From Lytechinus pictus (taxonomy: Eukaryota), in the NCBI RefSeq assembly GCF_037042905.1, contig NC_087251.1, positions 44,828,001 to 44,888,000 of the forward strand: a stretch of DNA of 60,000 nt, given 5' to 3'. This document shows positions 25,401-38,400 of the stretch, in pieces. The notes under the pieces are model-generated. The model was not told the origin of the DNA. It did no database searches and saw only the letters and a list, made by a program, of their open reading frames with translations. The first letter of the stretch is position 1. The number at the start of each line of letters is the position of its first letter. The translations under genes and the position numbers were made by a program.

Positions 25401-28400
25401 AAATTGTTGAACAAACATGTATTTTAGATGTTGACGTTGCTGGCTTTCCATAGTTGCGATCGATCGGATCAATCGCAACTCTTTGTAAGACAGGCCCCAG
25501 TTCTCTCTGTCTCTCTATTTCTTTCATTGGCTCATTCAGACATGGCATGACAAAGCACTGCAAATTCTGTGTACTAAGTCAATGGGTGGTATTCTAATAG
25601 ATGTGGTTTAGCTAAGCATGGGTAAACTTTGACCACACTTTTGATTGATTGGTGGTGATTTTTTTTTACCTGATTGCTAACAAAGCATGAATGCTTGTAA
25701 GCAAGCAACCAGAGGACCGACGGCTTAAGGTCCCCTCCGAAGGACCTGGTACTGAGGATTAATGCCTTACCAAAGGGCACTAGCGCACCAAGTGGGAATC
25801 GAACCCGGGTCACCGGAATACGAGTCCCCCGCTCTACCGACTGAGCTATCGCGCCTCCACTTTTATGGAGTGTCAGTTGTCAACTCATTCGCCAACTCAT
25901 TCTAATCCTAAAGTGAAAAAATTAAAAAAAATAAAAAATAAAAAATTAATTATCTTGTGAAATTAAAAGAATAGGAAAACATGAAAATACAAGCAAAAGA
26001 TTGTCGAAGATTAATTATCTTGTGAAATTAAAAGAATAGGAAAACATGAAAATACAATGATTTTTAAGCTTTTAATTAGTACATTATCTTTGTCTTTAAC
26101 ATGGAAAAAATCTGAATAAAACCAGCATTCCATAGAAGTTTGGTCCAAAATTCTAGTTTAGACTAGGGATAACCTATATTTTTGTATTCACAATACCACC
26201 CATTGTCCGATGGGATAGAAGCCATCAATGAATGTTGGAGGCATTGTTTTTATCGCAAGACGGCCAGAAACGTAGACCAATAAAATTCTTTGGATAGTTA
26301 GTGTAAAACAGACAGAGCCAATAACATGACTAATGCCATGACATTGAATTATTTGACATCATATAACATGTCTCACAACATTGCCTTGTTTGGTTACCGG
26401 CATGTAATTTGTAATTGTAGCAAAACAAATTTCTCTTGTCATTTCTATTTTTCGAAGACTTGTTTAATATTGGATTACTTGATAACACTGTCCAGTGCTA
26501 GTGGCATGGATCTCAAACAGCTTTATAAATAATCTTTTGACCGTGGTTGTCTCCGATAGGGATACTATGGATGTGCGATAGGAAAAGCAAAGCAAGGTGC
26601 AAAGACGGAGATTGAGAAACTTCTGACGGGAGGTAAACAGCTCAAGGACCTCACGTGTGAAGAAGCCCTCAAGGAGGTCGCCAAGATGTAAGCACGAGAT
26701 TAGTGAAAACATATTCATCACTTTGGTAGAACCATTCTTGAAAATCACGATTGGTGAACAAGTTTTAAAAGCTTCTTCTTCCATTTATTGTACAGACCAC
26801 CTTATTTGGTGTATTTTCGTACTGTTGAGTTTTTGCCGTGAACCGGCATGTGCAATACACAGGGTTAACGCCCTACTGTATGACGAATATTGTACTAGTT
26901 TTTACATGCATAGGTTGCAGGTCTCCTATACACAGGACCAGCATTTGCGTACTTTTCGATGAACTGAGTGTTTTTTTTTTCAACTGCATTCAGAATGTTG
27001 AGGCACGCTATCACAGAGAGCAATAGCATGATTTTTTTGGTAGACTTCTTTCTGTATGAGCGGGACCTGAACCCACTCACGTTGAGATCATACTATGCTG
27101 CCACCTTGTAGCAGAAATGCATGAATGGTTATCTGTTGACAGCGAAGACTAGATTCTTATCTTTCCTTTCAAATGTTAAATGAAACAACATCTTGTTAGA
27201 ACAAATTGCAATGATCAGAGTGAAAAATTGATTAAAGACAATTGTAGTACTGGTAAACTGTCATACGTCAAACTTCCATAAGTTGAATATTCGCTCAAGT
27301 TGAAGCATATTTTTTTTACCATATTATGCAAAAAGTGATTTATACCTCTTCATTTTTTTTCTTCCAAATTTCTCCCAAGTCAAAAAGATTTCTGTTGTCC
27401 CAAAGATTCAACTTGGTCAAAGTTTCCTTTATTTTATTGTAGGAAATTACTTAAGGATTACACTTTTTCTTGCTCTGCACAGAAACGCTCAGTTCTTGAA
27501 TATTGTTCATAATTATTTTCTTTTCCAGTATTCACATAGTACATGACGAGATCAAGGATAAGGCCTTTGAATTAGAGCTTAGCTGGGTTGGAAAGGTTAC
27601 AGATGGTCGTCATGAATTAGTTCCAAAGAAGATCGCCGATGAAGCCATCAAGTATGGCAAGGTAAGCTAATTTTTTTTTTTTCTTTTAACATATTGGTGA
27701 CGGAGCCCACGTATATGCACGCTGGGGTCTGAATAATTTGTGTTATATCTTAATTAGCCTGTCTCCATTGGGTTAAAAGTATTTGCTACTATTTAAAGCA
27801 AGAGCAGGACCTATAGTTTGAAATATTGTTAGAATACTAATATCGTACAATAACTGTCATATCCAAGTTTTTTATAATCGTGGAAATTCCATGCCCCCTC
27901 CCCGCAATGAAAATAAGATATGGATGATATAAGAGAAAATTGAAGAAATGAAAATGAAATAAACACAAACATCGAAACTCCCAAGCAATTACAAGAATGT
28001 GGATGTGACATGTTTCACCTTCTAGGACATGCAAACAAATTTTCAATACACAATGAAGTGCTTTGATTGAAGTCTAAAACTTTGATAATTTTGTCTCTTA
28101 AATTGTTCATTGAAAAATAAAAACTACATATGGAATATTGAAAAAATTATAGTGATATTCAGTAAAAGCATACCCGGTAATTACAATTTTCTCTACTTAT
28201 ATTATGTGATAAAGAACTACTTTTCAGAATCGATTCCATTTTAAAACAGGAAAATTAAACTTTACTAAATCCGCTCGTTGTATTAGAAGTATAATGGAAG
28301 ATTAATTAGATTTGTTTTTGCGCGGGAATATCTCAGTATCAGTGGCCCCCCATGTATTCTTTTCATAAAATAATCAGAATTTTCAATGTCAATTTATTTT

Positions 28401-28509
28401 AGATTCCAATTTAACTCTTCTCATCTTGTTTTTGTTTTGTTTTGTTTTTCTTTTTGTACAACAGGAGGCATTAGAAGAACCATCAAGCTCTGACGAGGAT
28501 GACTTGTAA
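13476..28509 (+). CDS. PSMA3: Proteasome subunit alpha type-3 (alpha7), 259 aa, 9 exons
   Basis: Exons 13476-13496, 17133-17339, 17807-17839, 18407-18475, 22747-22820, 24867-24936, 26560-26687, 27529-27661 and 28465-28509 total 780 nt; all introns are GT-AG with consistent phases. Protein: [27 protein letters not shown]...[13 protein letters not shown]...[18 protein letters not shown]...[18 protein letters not shown]...SSDEDDL*. Confidence 0.97.
13619..13732. repeat. Near-perfect hairpin: 52-bp arms, 10-nt loop
   Basis: 13619-13670 is the reverse complement of 13681-13732 with one mismatch. Confidence 0.9.
14285..16196. repeat. 110-bp tandem satellite array (~17 copies) in PSMA3 intron 1
   Basis: ccgctatcaccacgag recurs exactly every 110 nt (14301, 14411, ... 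16171), with alternating unit variants. Confidence 0.97.
16918..17066. mobile_element. Short palindromic MITE
   Basis: Ends ctggggtccgttgcagaa ... ttctgcaacgggcccctg. A related copy lies at ~8565-8710. Confidence 0.65.
18497..19337. mobile_element. TTAA-type palindromic MITE interrupted by a SINE
   Basis: Ends aatgaaacgtttggaacaag ... ttgttccaagggtttcattcccct-ttaa. Same family as 19984-22279. Confidence 0.7.
18718..19012 (-). mobile_element. tRNA-derived SINE (SURF1-like family)
   Basis: On the minus strand: tRNA-like head with A/B boxes (ggcccagtgg ... ggttcgaatccc), a conserved body (cacattgtgctgcactcgacccaggtgaggtgaatgggtacccggtagg) and a (tat)n tail. Homologous to the SINE starting at 44730. 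Confidence 0.8.
20451..22235 (+). mobile_element. Helentron/HINE-like element, 5'-truncated, with expanded core repeats
   Basis: Collinear with 11290-11902 (ttttccgacggcg...gtcaac...gcaggtgagacggccagaggcattccacttgtt). Confidence 0.75.
20688..21553. mobile_element. TTAA-target DNA element nested in the HINE-like element
   Basis: TTAA TSD at 20684-20687 and 21554-21557; TIRs agatccagaccgg / ccggtcagggtct. Removing it restores aaatcttaacct. Confidence 0.8.
24067..24612. repeat. 42-bp minisatellite, 13 copies, in PSMA3 intron 5
   Basis: Unit ttccagtattRtcggcttcagatcttccctaaaacatagctt repeated head-to-tail, varying only at one G/A position. Confidence 0.97.
24948..25500. mobile_element. Two adjacent copies of one palindromic MITE family in opposite orientation
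   Basis: Each copy is bounded by ttacaaagagttacg ... actctttgtaagac. Another copy lies at ~38770-39047. Confidence 0.7.
25640..25858 (-). mobile_element. tRNA-derived SINE (second family)
   Basis: Minus strand reads ggaggcgcgatagctcagtcggtagagcg...ggttcgattccc (A and B boxes), then a non-tRNA body gccctttggtaaggcattaatcc. Confidence 0.75.
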
Positions 28510-29596
28510 CCATAGCAACCTTTTTTTTTTCCTGTGAATATTTCCATTTTTGTACAGCTATTAGAATTAAACACTAATGGTCGAGTACCTCGTTTTATTA
28601 ATATGTTTTTCAGCAGTTAAACTGTCCAACACTAATGGAAATCTAGTGTATAAATACAGCAAAGACTTGCATGAATATATTATTCTATAAAGATAAATGA
28701 ATGGTTGTTCAGTTTCTACTCAACGTATTCATTCTGTCAATTCAAATATATGAGTATTTTGCAGACGGCTGAGAAGAACTGCTATATTTTGCAAATGAAA
28801 AACCTGTAATTTCTATTCATCCAAGTTATGAGTATTCATGCCCTGGGGCCGTTTCATAAAGCTTTTCGTAAGTTAAGAGCGACTTTAAGAACAACCGGTG
28901 ATCCTTTCTTGTGGTAAATGATATTTACCATTAAATATTTACCATTAAATATTCATTGGTGATTATTTACCACTTAAGAGAGGTTCACCAGTTGTTCTTA
29001 AAGTTGTTGCTCTTAACTTATTAATATGAACAGCTTTATGAAACACCCACCAGGGGTGCATAACACAAAGCTTAGCAATCATCGTAGAAGAATATTTGTA
29101 TGATTGATTGCATTTACCACAATGTAGCATCAATCATAAAAATCAATCATATGATCAATTGCTAACCTTTGTGTTACTGGACCTGTTATACCATGGAGAA
29201 ATTATGAGATGGTTATAAGTTTTCATGAATCATTTCATTTTATGAATGGACCTACCAGGGCCTGTTGCGCAAACCTACTTAGCTTGTTGTATGCGAGCAA
29301 ATGGGAGACTGAATGTCAAACATTCGTACTTTTGCACACACGACGTACCACCCAAAATGTACCGTTGCACGGCTTTAGGAGGTGACATCACAATACGATT
29401 TAATTCATTGCGCTCAGTAAAAATGAAGGTGAAATATGCGTATAGCCTGCTGGATAAATGCGCGATGCTGCCCGAGGCATGTGCGCTTGTTGGATTTTGC
29501 CTTTCGCTTTCAATATTTTTGCTCCCTTTTCATAGATTCCTGCAGGGAAAACTCTTTGTTTTTTTCATAAATTCGCTAAACTCCGAGGTGTTGTAC

Positions 29597-29765
29597 AACA
29601 CAAATAGCGAATATTCTTATTCGTGCAATGGTGCGAGATTTCGCATTCGGTGAAAGAAAGAAACACTATTCAACTCGGCTCACGCCTCGTTGAATAGAGC
29701 ATCTTTCTTTCACCTCATGCGAAATCTCGCACCATCGCACTCATGCCTCATTCGCTATTTGTATA
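29597..29765. mobile_element. Palindromic MITE
   Basis: acaaatagcgaat ... attcgctatttgt, with inner arms gcgagatttcgcat/atgcgaaatctcgc and ctattcaac/gttgaatag. Confidence 0.65.
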
Positions 29766-32700
29766 TTGATTTTAAGTTGTGTTGAAATTGAAATTTACAC
29801 CAGCACAGCCTAAAAGACCTTCCTGTAGAGGGAATCATAAAGTCGGACCTTGTTTATCTGACCGGCCGTCTTGCATTCAGGGTCCCCTTCTCCTGGCGAG
29901 CCCCTTCTGTTATTCATCCAATTCACTTAAAATGGGTCATGTGGTCGAGTGGTTAGAGCATTGGATTTATGATTGTGAGGTTGTCAGTTCAAATTCCTGC
30001 TGGGCCATTATTCAATTCAATTCATCTAATAATAATAATATAATAAAGGGTATTTATATTGCACACATATCCACCTTGTTAGGTGCTCAAGACGCTCCTA
30101 TATTACCCGGCTAAGCTAGGCGTTCATAGCGCACACAGCTTTTTAAGGAATTACTTCCTACCGGTACCCATTTATCGCACCTGGGTTGAGTGCAGCACAT
30201 TGTGGATCAGTGGATTAATATATCTATTAAATTAATTTATTTGATTCCAATAAAACATACATATATCATGCAATGATTGCTTGAACAATTTAACTTGAGC
30301 GATAAAAATTAGAATATAATATGCAATGTAAGATTAAAAAGAACACATTGGTGGTCACATTGGTTACCTCCACTTTAATAATAAAAAAGGCCATATAGTA
30401 ATTTCTGTTGCCTATAAGGCTAGCCACTTCGACCGATTAACTAAAATGAAGATTTACGTAAAATATTTTCAATGTAATTGTTTATAGCCAGCTTGGTGTT
30501 GATGCAGCAGAAAGCTACAGAGTTCCTGTGAGAGTTACTTTATCAGAATCAGAAAAACTTAAGAGCCTTGATTTTTTATATTTTTAAACTATATTTCCAT
30601 CTCAGAAAAACACTAAAGATATTACTGATTATTCATAAATAATAATAAATATATGTTACAAGAAGTAGTCCTTAAACACAATCCATTTCATGGGCGTAAA
30701 TCCGTGACGTCATGCTATTCAAGTGGGGGGATGGAACAATAGATCATCTCCCCCTGAAAAAGGTGTGGCGCAAGGATTTACGCCAGTGATCCATTTCCAT
30801 AGGAATGGTTTCTTAACTGTATTACCCTTAACTCTGGCCAGATCGCCAAATGCAGATGGGCAATGCTCCACTATAGGGATTTGTATATTAATTTCACATT
30901 CTAAAAATGTACATTTCCTGTTCATATTGACCCAATTTCAAATCATCTGTTTCTATTTTACTGCTTCCGAACATGTTAAGTTAATTGCAATGCTTAGCTT
31001 GTCCTTTAATCCTTTGAAATTATTTTGATTCAATTTATCAGGAAACGGTAACATTTGCATACAGAAGCAAGCCCTCAAAAAGTGAAGATATTTATTTGAC
31101 TAAACAAGATTTTGTTTGTATCATAGGCCATTCAGATCTTGTTTTCAAGAACCTTTCATACTGATTTACCAATAAATAGAGGGTGACAAATAGTACATGT
31201 TATTTTGATGAAAATGTGATGTTTTCTATCCTATAAGTTCCCATAGTGTATGTAAAGTTAATCATTTTTGGAAGAGAGTTTTCTGGATGTAAGGCTTCAG
31301 GAATGGCAGTTGTAATTCAGATTTCTTGGCCATTCCATCTAAATATATGTTTCAACATTAACGTACATTTAAATGGGATGTTCATTAAACTATAAACTTA
31401 TAATGGGGATTTTGAAAAATAAGGTCCCATATCCACACAAACACTTCTATGATTTTCATGTACCTGTGTTAAAAATATTATTTGAAATAAATCACTGCAA
31501 ATCATTGTACAGTATCATTTTGTCTATGATTTGAAATATGAGTGGAAGTCATGTGTAGTACAAGAGAGCTTTTTACATTAATGTTTTTTTTCTATAATTT
31601 GAAATTTGTGTAGAGGTCCTGTGTATTATGAGAGAGCTTTTTGATTCATTGTAATGACATTGTATTTTGGAAACTGGAAAGTTTTTTTTATCATCCAGGT
31701 GTTTGGTTGGGCCAATGAGAAATTCTCATTGTAGTTAATATCACATTTATTACATGCAACAAAGGAATAAGATCAATCAGACAAAACATCAAAATGTGAT
31801 ATATGTTTTATTTGAATACCCACTATAACAAGAAGAAAAACATGACTTCATATTTATTTACTTATGACGCATAGGCTATCATAACTACCTCTAACTCCCA
31901 TAAAACAAGTTTTGAACTTTGATGAAATATAGATAGTACATGAAACAAGAGTTGCTTACTTCTCATCCATATATCCCTATTGACAAGCCTACAACTTATT
32001 TACTATATACAATCAAAATCTAACAAGAAGCAAATATAATGAAAGACATTTTCTATTCAGAATATTTCAGATAATAAAGATTGAATTGCATAAGAGTTTA
32101 TAAATGAAGAAAATAAATAATGAATCTGTGCCAAATGATTCATTCATGAGTTGCAGAAGCATATATTTATAGCAGAAATACAGAGTTAACTCAGACTTTC
32201 ATTCTGGTTGGATTTTGAGATAAACTTAATCGAGTGAAAATTATACATGCCAATAAAATCAAATACAATCTTTAACCGTACAAAACCACCAATTTTTATG
32301 GTGAAATTGGATCTGTGGGTGTGTATTTCTCCATTGTAACTCGATCATTACTTGTTATATGAATTGTGTGATGGATGATGAAATTTGCATATTAGTCCTC
32401 AATTAAACATTGATTTTGATAGATAAAGAAAAATCACACAAGCATAAAGTTGAAAACATGATAGGAATAAGATTTAATTGTTCTGTGATTAACAAAAATA
32501 ATAACTCGTGTGAGTTTGATAAAATCTTCAATGTAATGTTTCTCCGTATTCTTTCTTTCTTACTATTCAAAACAACCTTTTGTTCGGATGGACTTGGCAT
32601 TCAACAAAACTTTATCAATCATGAAATGGGCATACGCTACAAGAAAAATGATATCAATGTCTTATTTAATTAGACTATCCTTGACGACATTTCATATAAC

Positions 32701-33413
32701 AAAGTTCTTTTATCACAGATGGCATTGTAATATTTTAGTATGACAACAAATTTGTAGAGACTGCATTAAATGAATATAAATTTGACAATTACATAATTAT
32801 AGGCCTATCACACACTAAATAAATGAACTGAAAGACAGTAAAATCAGGACAACTTTATATATCTCTTCGGAGAGTCGTGTTGGATATTCAAATCACATGA
32901 TCATGCACATTGGTAGGGGGATGCTAGGGTATTTTGATATTGGAGCGGGGGTGATGAGCCAAAAATTTTGAGGGGGCTCGGTCTGGCATATCATTTAAAA
33001 TTAATAAGAAGTTGCGAGCGAGCAAAAATTTCAACAGTTTTATTCCAAAAATCCTATTTTGTTATAGATTTGGACATAATATTCAGAAAATAATATATGT
33101 CCCTCTTCTTTTCTTTCCTTTTCTCTCTCTTTTTTTTTATTGGTCATGAAAACTTTGTGGGGGGAAGAGCCCCCAAGCTCAGTAACCTGTACGCCAGTGG
33201 TAGTAGTGTTCAATATCTCTCTTTTTATATAATAATAATAATAAATAAGTCTTATATAGCGCTTTTCATGAAATCCATATCAAAGTGAATAACAATGTAG
33301 AACACAAGAAATATACAAACAAAAGTGAATTAGAAATTATATATTAAAACAAAATCAAAATATCAAGGACACTGTAAATGGGGCTATGTTGAATATGCTT
33401 TCTCCTTGCTTTA

Positions 33414-34016
33414 AAGGACAAGTCCACCCCAACAAATGGTTGTTTTGAATAAAAAGAGATAAATCTAACCAGCGTAACACTGAAAATTTCATCAAAATCG
33501 GATGTAAAATAAGAAATATATGAAATTTTAAAGTTTCGCTTAATTTCACAAAACAGTTATATGCACATCCTGGTCGGTATGCGAATGAGGAGACTGATGA
33601 TGTCATCCACTCACTATTTAATTTGTATTTTATTATATGAAATATGAGATATCCTATTTTTTCATCATTGTCAAGTGAAACAACGATTAATTCCTGTCTG
33701 AACATGTAAAATTAGCATTGTTTAATACTATATGGTTCAGTGAAGTTGGTTCTTATTGTCAAATTTGTATTAAAAAAATGAAATATTGTTTAATTCAAAC
33801 AATTAAAAAAAAGAAATAGTGAGTGAGGAACATCATCGACTCTCATTTGCATATCACTTGGTTGTGCATATCACTGTTTTGTGAAAAATAAACGAAACTT
33901 TAAAATGTCATAACTTTCTTATTTCACATCCGATTTTGATGAAATTTTCAGCGTTATGTCAGTTTAATTTTTGTCTATTCATTCAAATCAACATTTTTCT
34001 GGGGTGGACTTGACCT
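33414..34016. mobile_element. TTAA-flanked long palindromic MITE (Kolobok-like)
   Basis: TTAA|aggacaagtccacccca ... tggggtggacttgacct|TTAA, with subterminal regions (gaaaatttcatcaaaatcggatg) also inverted. Confidence 0.85.
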
Positions 34017-35401
34017 TTAAATTTGATCTAAACGATGTGATATTTGGGATACAATGAAGGGAAGCTGGAAGAGTATTCTAAAGACGTGGGGCAGAGCTTG
34101 AAAAGGACCTGTCGCCAAAAAGTATAGTTTTTGCTTTTTTGACCGTTAAGAAATGTTGATTTGCAGAACAAAGGGACCTACTGGGAGTGCATGCCTGGAT
34201 TACTTCAGTTTCTTCACATTCTTATCTCATTCTTTTTCCTTTCTCCTTCACTCCGGGATCCCTCCCTTTTTCAGTAAATGAAGAAAAAAAAAACATTGGA
34301 GTGGTCACACTCTACCAACTGTAGCATCAGCCCTGGACATGCATATGCTTTCAGAATAAATAATTTGGCGTTTTCCTCGTCACGAAATGTATCTCTCTTT
34401 AAAGTTTGTGCACAGATTTGCCCTTGCATCATCATTTACATGCAGGAAGCGATATACATTGCGAATCTAAAGAGGATTCTGCAAGAAACGTAGCCATACA
34501 AAACTTAATACAGCAAAATATGTTTTCATTTTTTCGTATTTCCTCCTTTGTGCCAGTTCAAGACTTTGGTATTCATGAATAGAATAAATCTGCCCAAAGA
34601 AGTACGCCTCTTATATACAAGTTTTGTGTAAGTTAATATTTTGCACATGATAAAGGAAAGTCAAGGTGTTAATGAATTAAGCTTATACAAGGAATAAAAA
34701 CAATACATATACAGGCTGTTTCTTCAGTAGGCCTATTTGTATAAAAACGTATATCAGCTAAAATATAAAAATCATGTTTAGTTGTAATTTCCATTTATTC
34801 AAATACCATGCATCCTTGTGATTAGCAATGATAATAGGACCATAAGAATAATATTTTATGCTTTCTGTTATACAGTGTTTTCCTGATATATAAGTTACTA
34901 TGGTTACTGAATTATGTGGCATAATGAGCCAAAATTTGTGAGGGGGCTGGATATGGCGTATTGCATAATATTTATTAAAAATTGTGAGCGAGCGAAGCAA
35001 GCGAGTATAAATTTCGACGTTTTTATTGCAAAACTCCAAATATGTGATAGATTTTGGCATAATACTCAGAAAATAATATTATATTTTACCCTTCTCTCTT
35101 GCCTTTTCTGAATCACGACCTTCGTAACTTACATTACCCATTTACAATTTTATTGTTTTTGCTCATTGATGATCTGTATTGCTTTATTTCTGATATACAT
35201 GTTGAAAATGGAAAAGAAATAAAACAACCAGATAACTTGGCAAACCAACGAAACAAACAATAGAAAATAAAAATAGACCCATGGAACATATGATTTGCAG
35301 TAGTATAATAAGTTTGATCTGTATGTGGTCGATTTTGTTGGACGCTGTGACTGGGAAAGAACCTTCACAAGAGATCTTCAGAAACGATTTGACCCAGTTT
35401 T

Positions 35402-38400
35402 CTAGTAGGATCCAGGGATAGAACGTCCAGCTTTGAATGCCTTAGCTGCTGTCGTAACTCGCTTCAATCGTCTCTCCTGGTCAATCAAGCTTTTATGCTC
35501 CTCTGAAAAAAAAAAGAGAAACGAAAAACGATTGGGGGGTTACAATGGTGACACTTGATTGTTATGCTCCTTATATATCATGTTTCATGTAGATCTTTAT
35601 AAACGAATATATTCCAAAACGTTTTAACACATCTTGAACTATATTGTTTAGGAAGGTTATTATTAAGATTCTATTTCTTTATAGATTACAACGAGTGACC
35701 ATTACGAAATCAATTTTGAAAATTTCCGTCGAATAAAAGTCATTCTTTTCTTAATCTAATTTGGGATTTGTTCGGATTTCCAATCGGAAGTTAGAGAATT
35801 TAGAGGCGCCTGGCTATACATGGGAAGTCCGGGGTTCGATCCCCGGCCACGGCACCTATGCCCTTTTATCCTGCATTCAAATAAATGAAAATTATTGGTC
35901 ACTAGGTGTGCACTTGTTAATAAAAAAAAATAAAAAATAAGAGGCATAGTGAGACTTCTAATTGACTTTTTTAAAATACAGTTTTAAATGAGATTTAGTG
36001 AAATGATAATGGTTAGGAAGCAATAAAATGTTGAAATATTTTATGTGCACATCAGATAAAGGCACTAACGTACCTAAGGGGGGGCAGACTGCCCCCCCCC
36101 CCTGACGAGTCACAACTCATGCAGGGGACGTACCCCTGCCCCCCCCCCCTGACGAGTCAAAACTGACCGAGGGGACTATCCCCCCTTTGAGAAGCAAAAT
36201 TAATAATTTGTAATGTAAATATGCAAAGAAAACTGACGTGTGCCCCCTCTTTTGAACTTGGAGACCTTTTTTTTTTTTTTTTTTTTTTGCTTGTCAATTT
36301 TTTTTCTGGTACGAAATCGTTTATTTGTGGTTGAAGACCTTTTTTTTTTTTTGCTTGTCAAATTTTTTCGCGGACGAAATATCCTCCAAAAAAATTGCCC
36401 CCTTTTGGGAAATCCTGGGTACGCGGCTGGAAAAAGGTGATTGTGACGTCACGATCATGCGCACGAAGCGCGATCATCGTATAAACACTGAATGCCTTTT
36501 GCATTGATGATATGAATTTTCGATATGAAATTATTTTGAACGTGCAGCATACCATCATCGTCAAAAGGTAATTCTTATTCTTACCGTTATTATCATGGTA
36601 AAATATCAAGCAAACAATTAGTTTACTTATTAATAATACAGTTCAGCAAATGTTGCAACCAATCCATCATGCATCAGAGCAAATTTGACAATTTTGTAGT
36701 GATTGAATATTAAGACAAATAAATTTGACTGTTTATTATCATTTTGTTTGAAACCATAAACTACCGTTTTTGTTATGTCATCAATTTTTCAACCAAAAAA
36801 ATGATTACAATGAATAAGCATAAGTCGAAATTATTTGTAATCTATTATATCTAAAGTTGATACAAATAAGATAATTTTGTGATTTCGTTGATTATTATTT
36901 GTTTGAAACAAATAAACTACCGTCTTTGTTATGATATCAATTCTTTGAAAAATAATGATTGGCGTTATTCGAAATTTGTTATCTATTAGATCTAGATGTA
37001 ATATAAACATGATGAAAAATAAGATAATTTTGTGATTTCAACGATTTCTGAACATTTCAAAGCCTCATTTGACCAAGTTTTTCCATAGCAAGTTGCCCAG
37101 CAGCTTGACAACTTAAACTGCGGAGATGGCTAATAGAACGCCATGTCCGGTGATTTTAAAGCCATTGACACCAGTTGCCACGGTAACAAGAGATAGCATC
37201 ATCAACCGCCGTATACAGAGATTCAAACCAGATGTAAGTCAAAATGATATGTAAAGAATCTATTCAATAATGATATGTATTTGTCTATAGATTTAGAGTT
37301 TTGGTCTAACAATAATTTGTGTTTATTATTTTATTTATTTATTCTTAATGAAATCTTTAGTAGTATCATTGTTAATGATGTATTCATCCTCTTCCTTATC
37401 ATAATCATCATCGTTTTCATCATCATCATTTATTTATTTATTGGTTTTCTTTATTTTATACTGCACGGTAGGCATGCAAAACTGCCTTTCAAAGGCGCCC
37501 TGCAGTTTAACAAATAACTCTACATCAATAGCAATTCAATGTATGTAACAAAAAAATAAAGTAAAAACAGAATACACTACATATAGAGTGAAATCAACAA
37601 TTATCATGGAATCATTACATCTACATCAAGTGTACGTATGACAGTCAGAATTTTAATGATTTACAGTGTTTTTTTAATGCATGGAGGGACGTGCATTTTA
37701 GTATATCACAAGGGAGCGAATTAAATAAGACGGCAGCAACATAATTATTCAGAAGATTTTCTTTATCCGTCCTTGGGCAGTGTATTTGAAGGGGACATTG
37801 TTCGGAATATCGTTTTTATAAGTTACATTACGTTTGCAGATAAGTGGTCCCAGACAGACTGGGGCTAAATCGTTTTGTATTTTGAAAGCAAGAACACAAA
37901 ATTGATATTTGATACGTTCCTCCACTGTTTGCCATTTGAGTGTAGACAACAATTCATATGGGGAGTAAGATAGTCTTTATTCAAAATTATTCGGGCATAC
38001 TCATTCTGTAGTTTTTTAAAACTTACTTTTGTTGGTTTTTGCACAGCTTCCCCAAGATGTACACCAATAATCAATGTAAGGTCAAATCATGGCAAAATAT
38101 AAATTCTGAAGAATCCTAGGCGGAAGGAATTGTTTCATTCTCTTTATACAATCTATCGTACGAGATATTTTAACAATGATACTAGATACATCATCATACA
38201 TCATACCGGTACATCATACATCATCATCATCACCATCATCATCAGTCATCATTATCATCACATCATCATTGTCATTATCCTCCTCATCATCATTACTCTC
38301 ATCATCATCATTATCCTCATAATCATTACCATCAACATCCTCCTCCTCCTCCTTGTCGTCATCATCATCATCATCATCAGTATAATGTTATCAACGAAAT

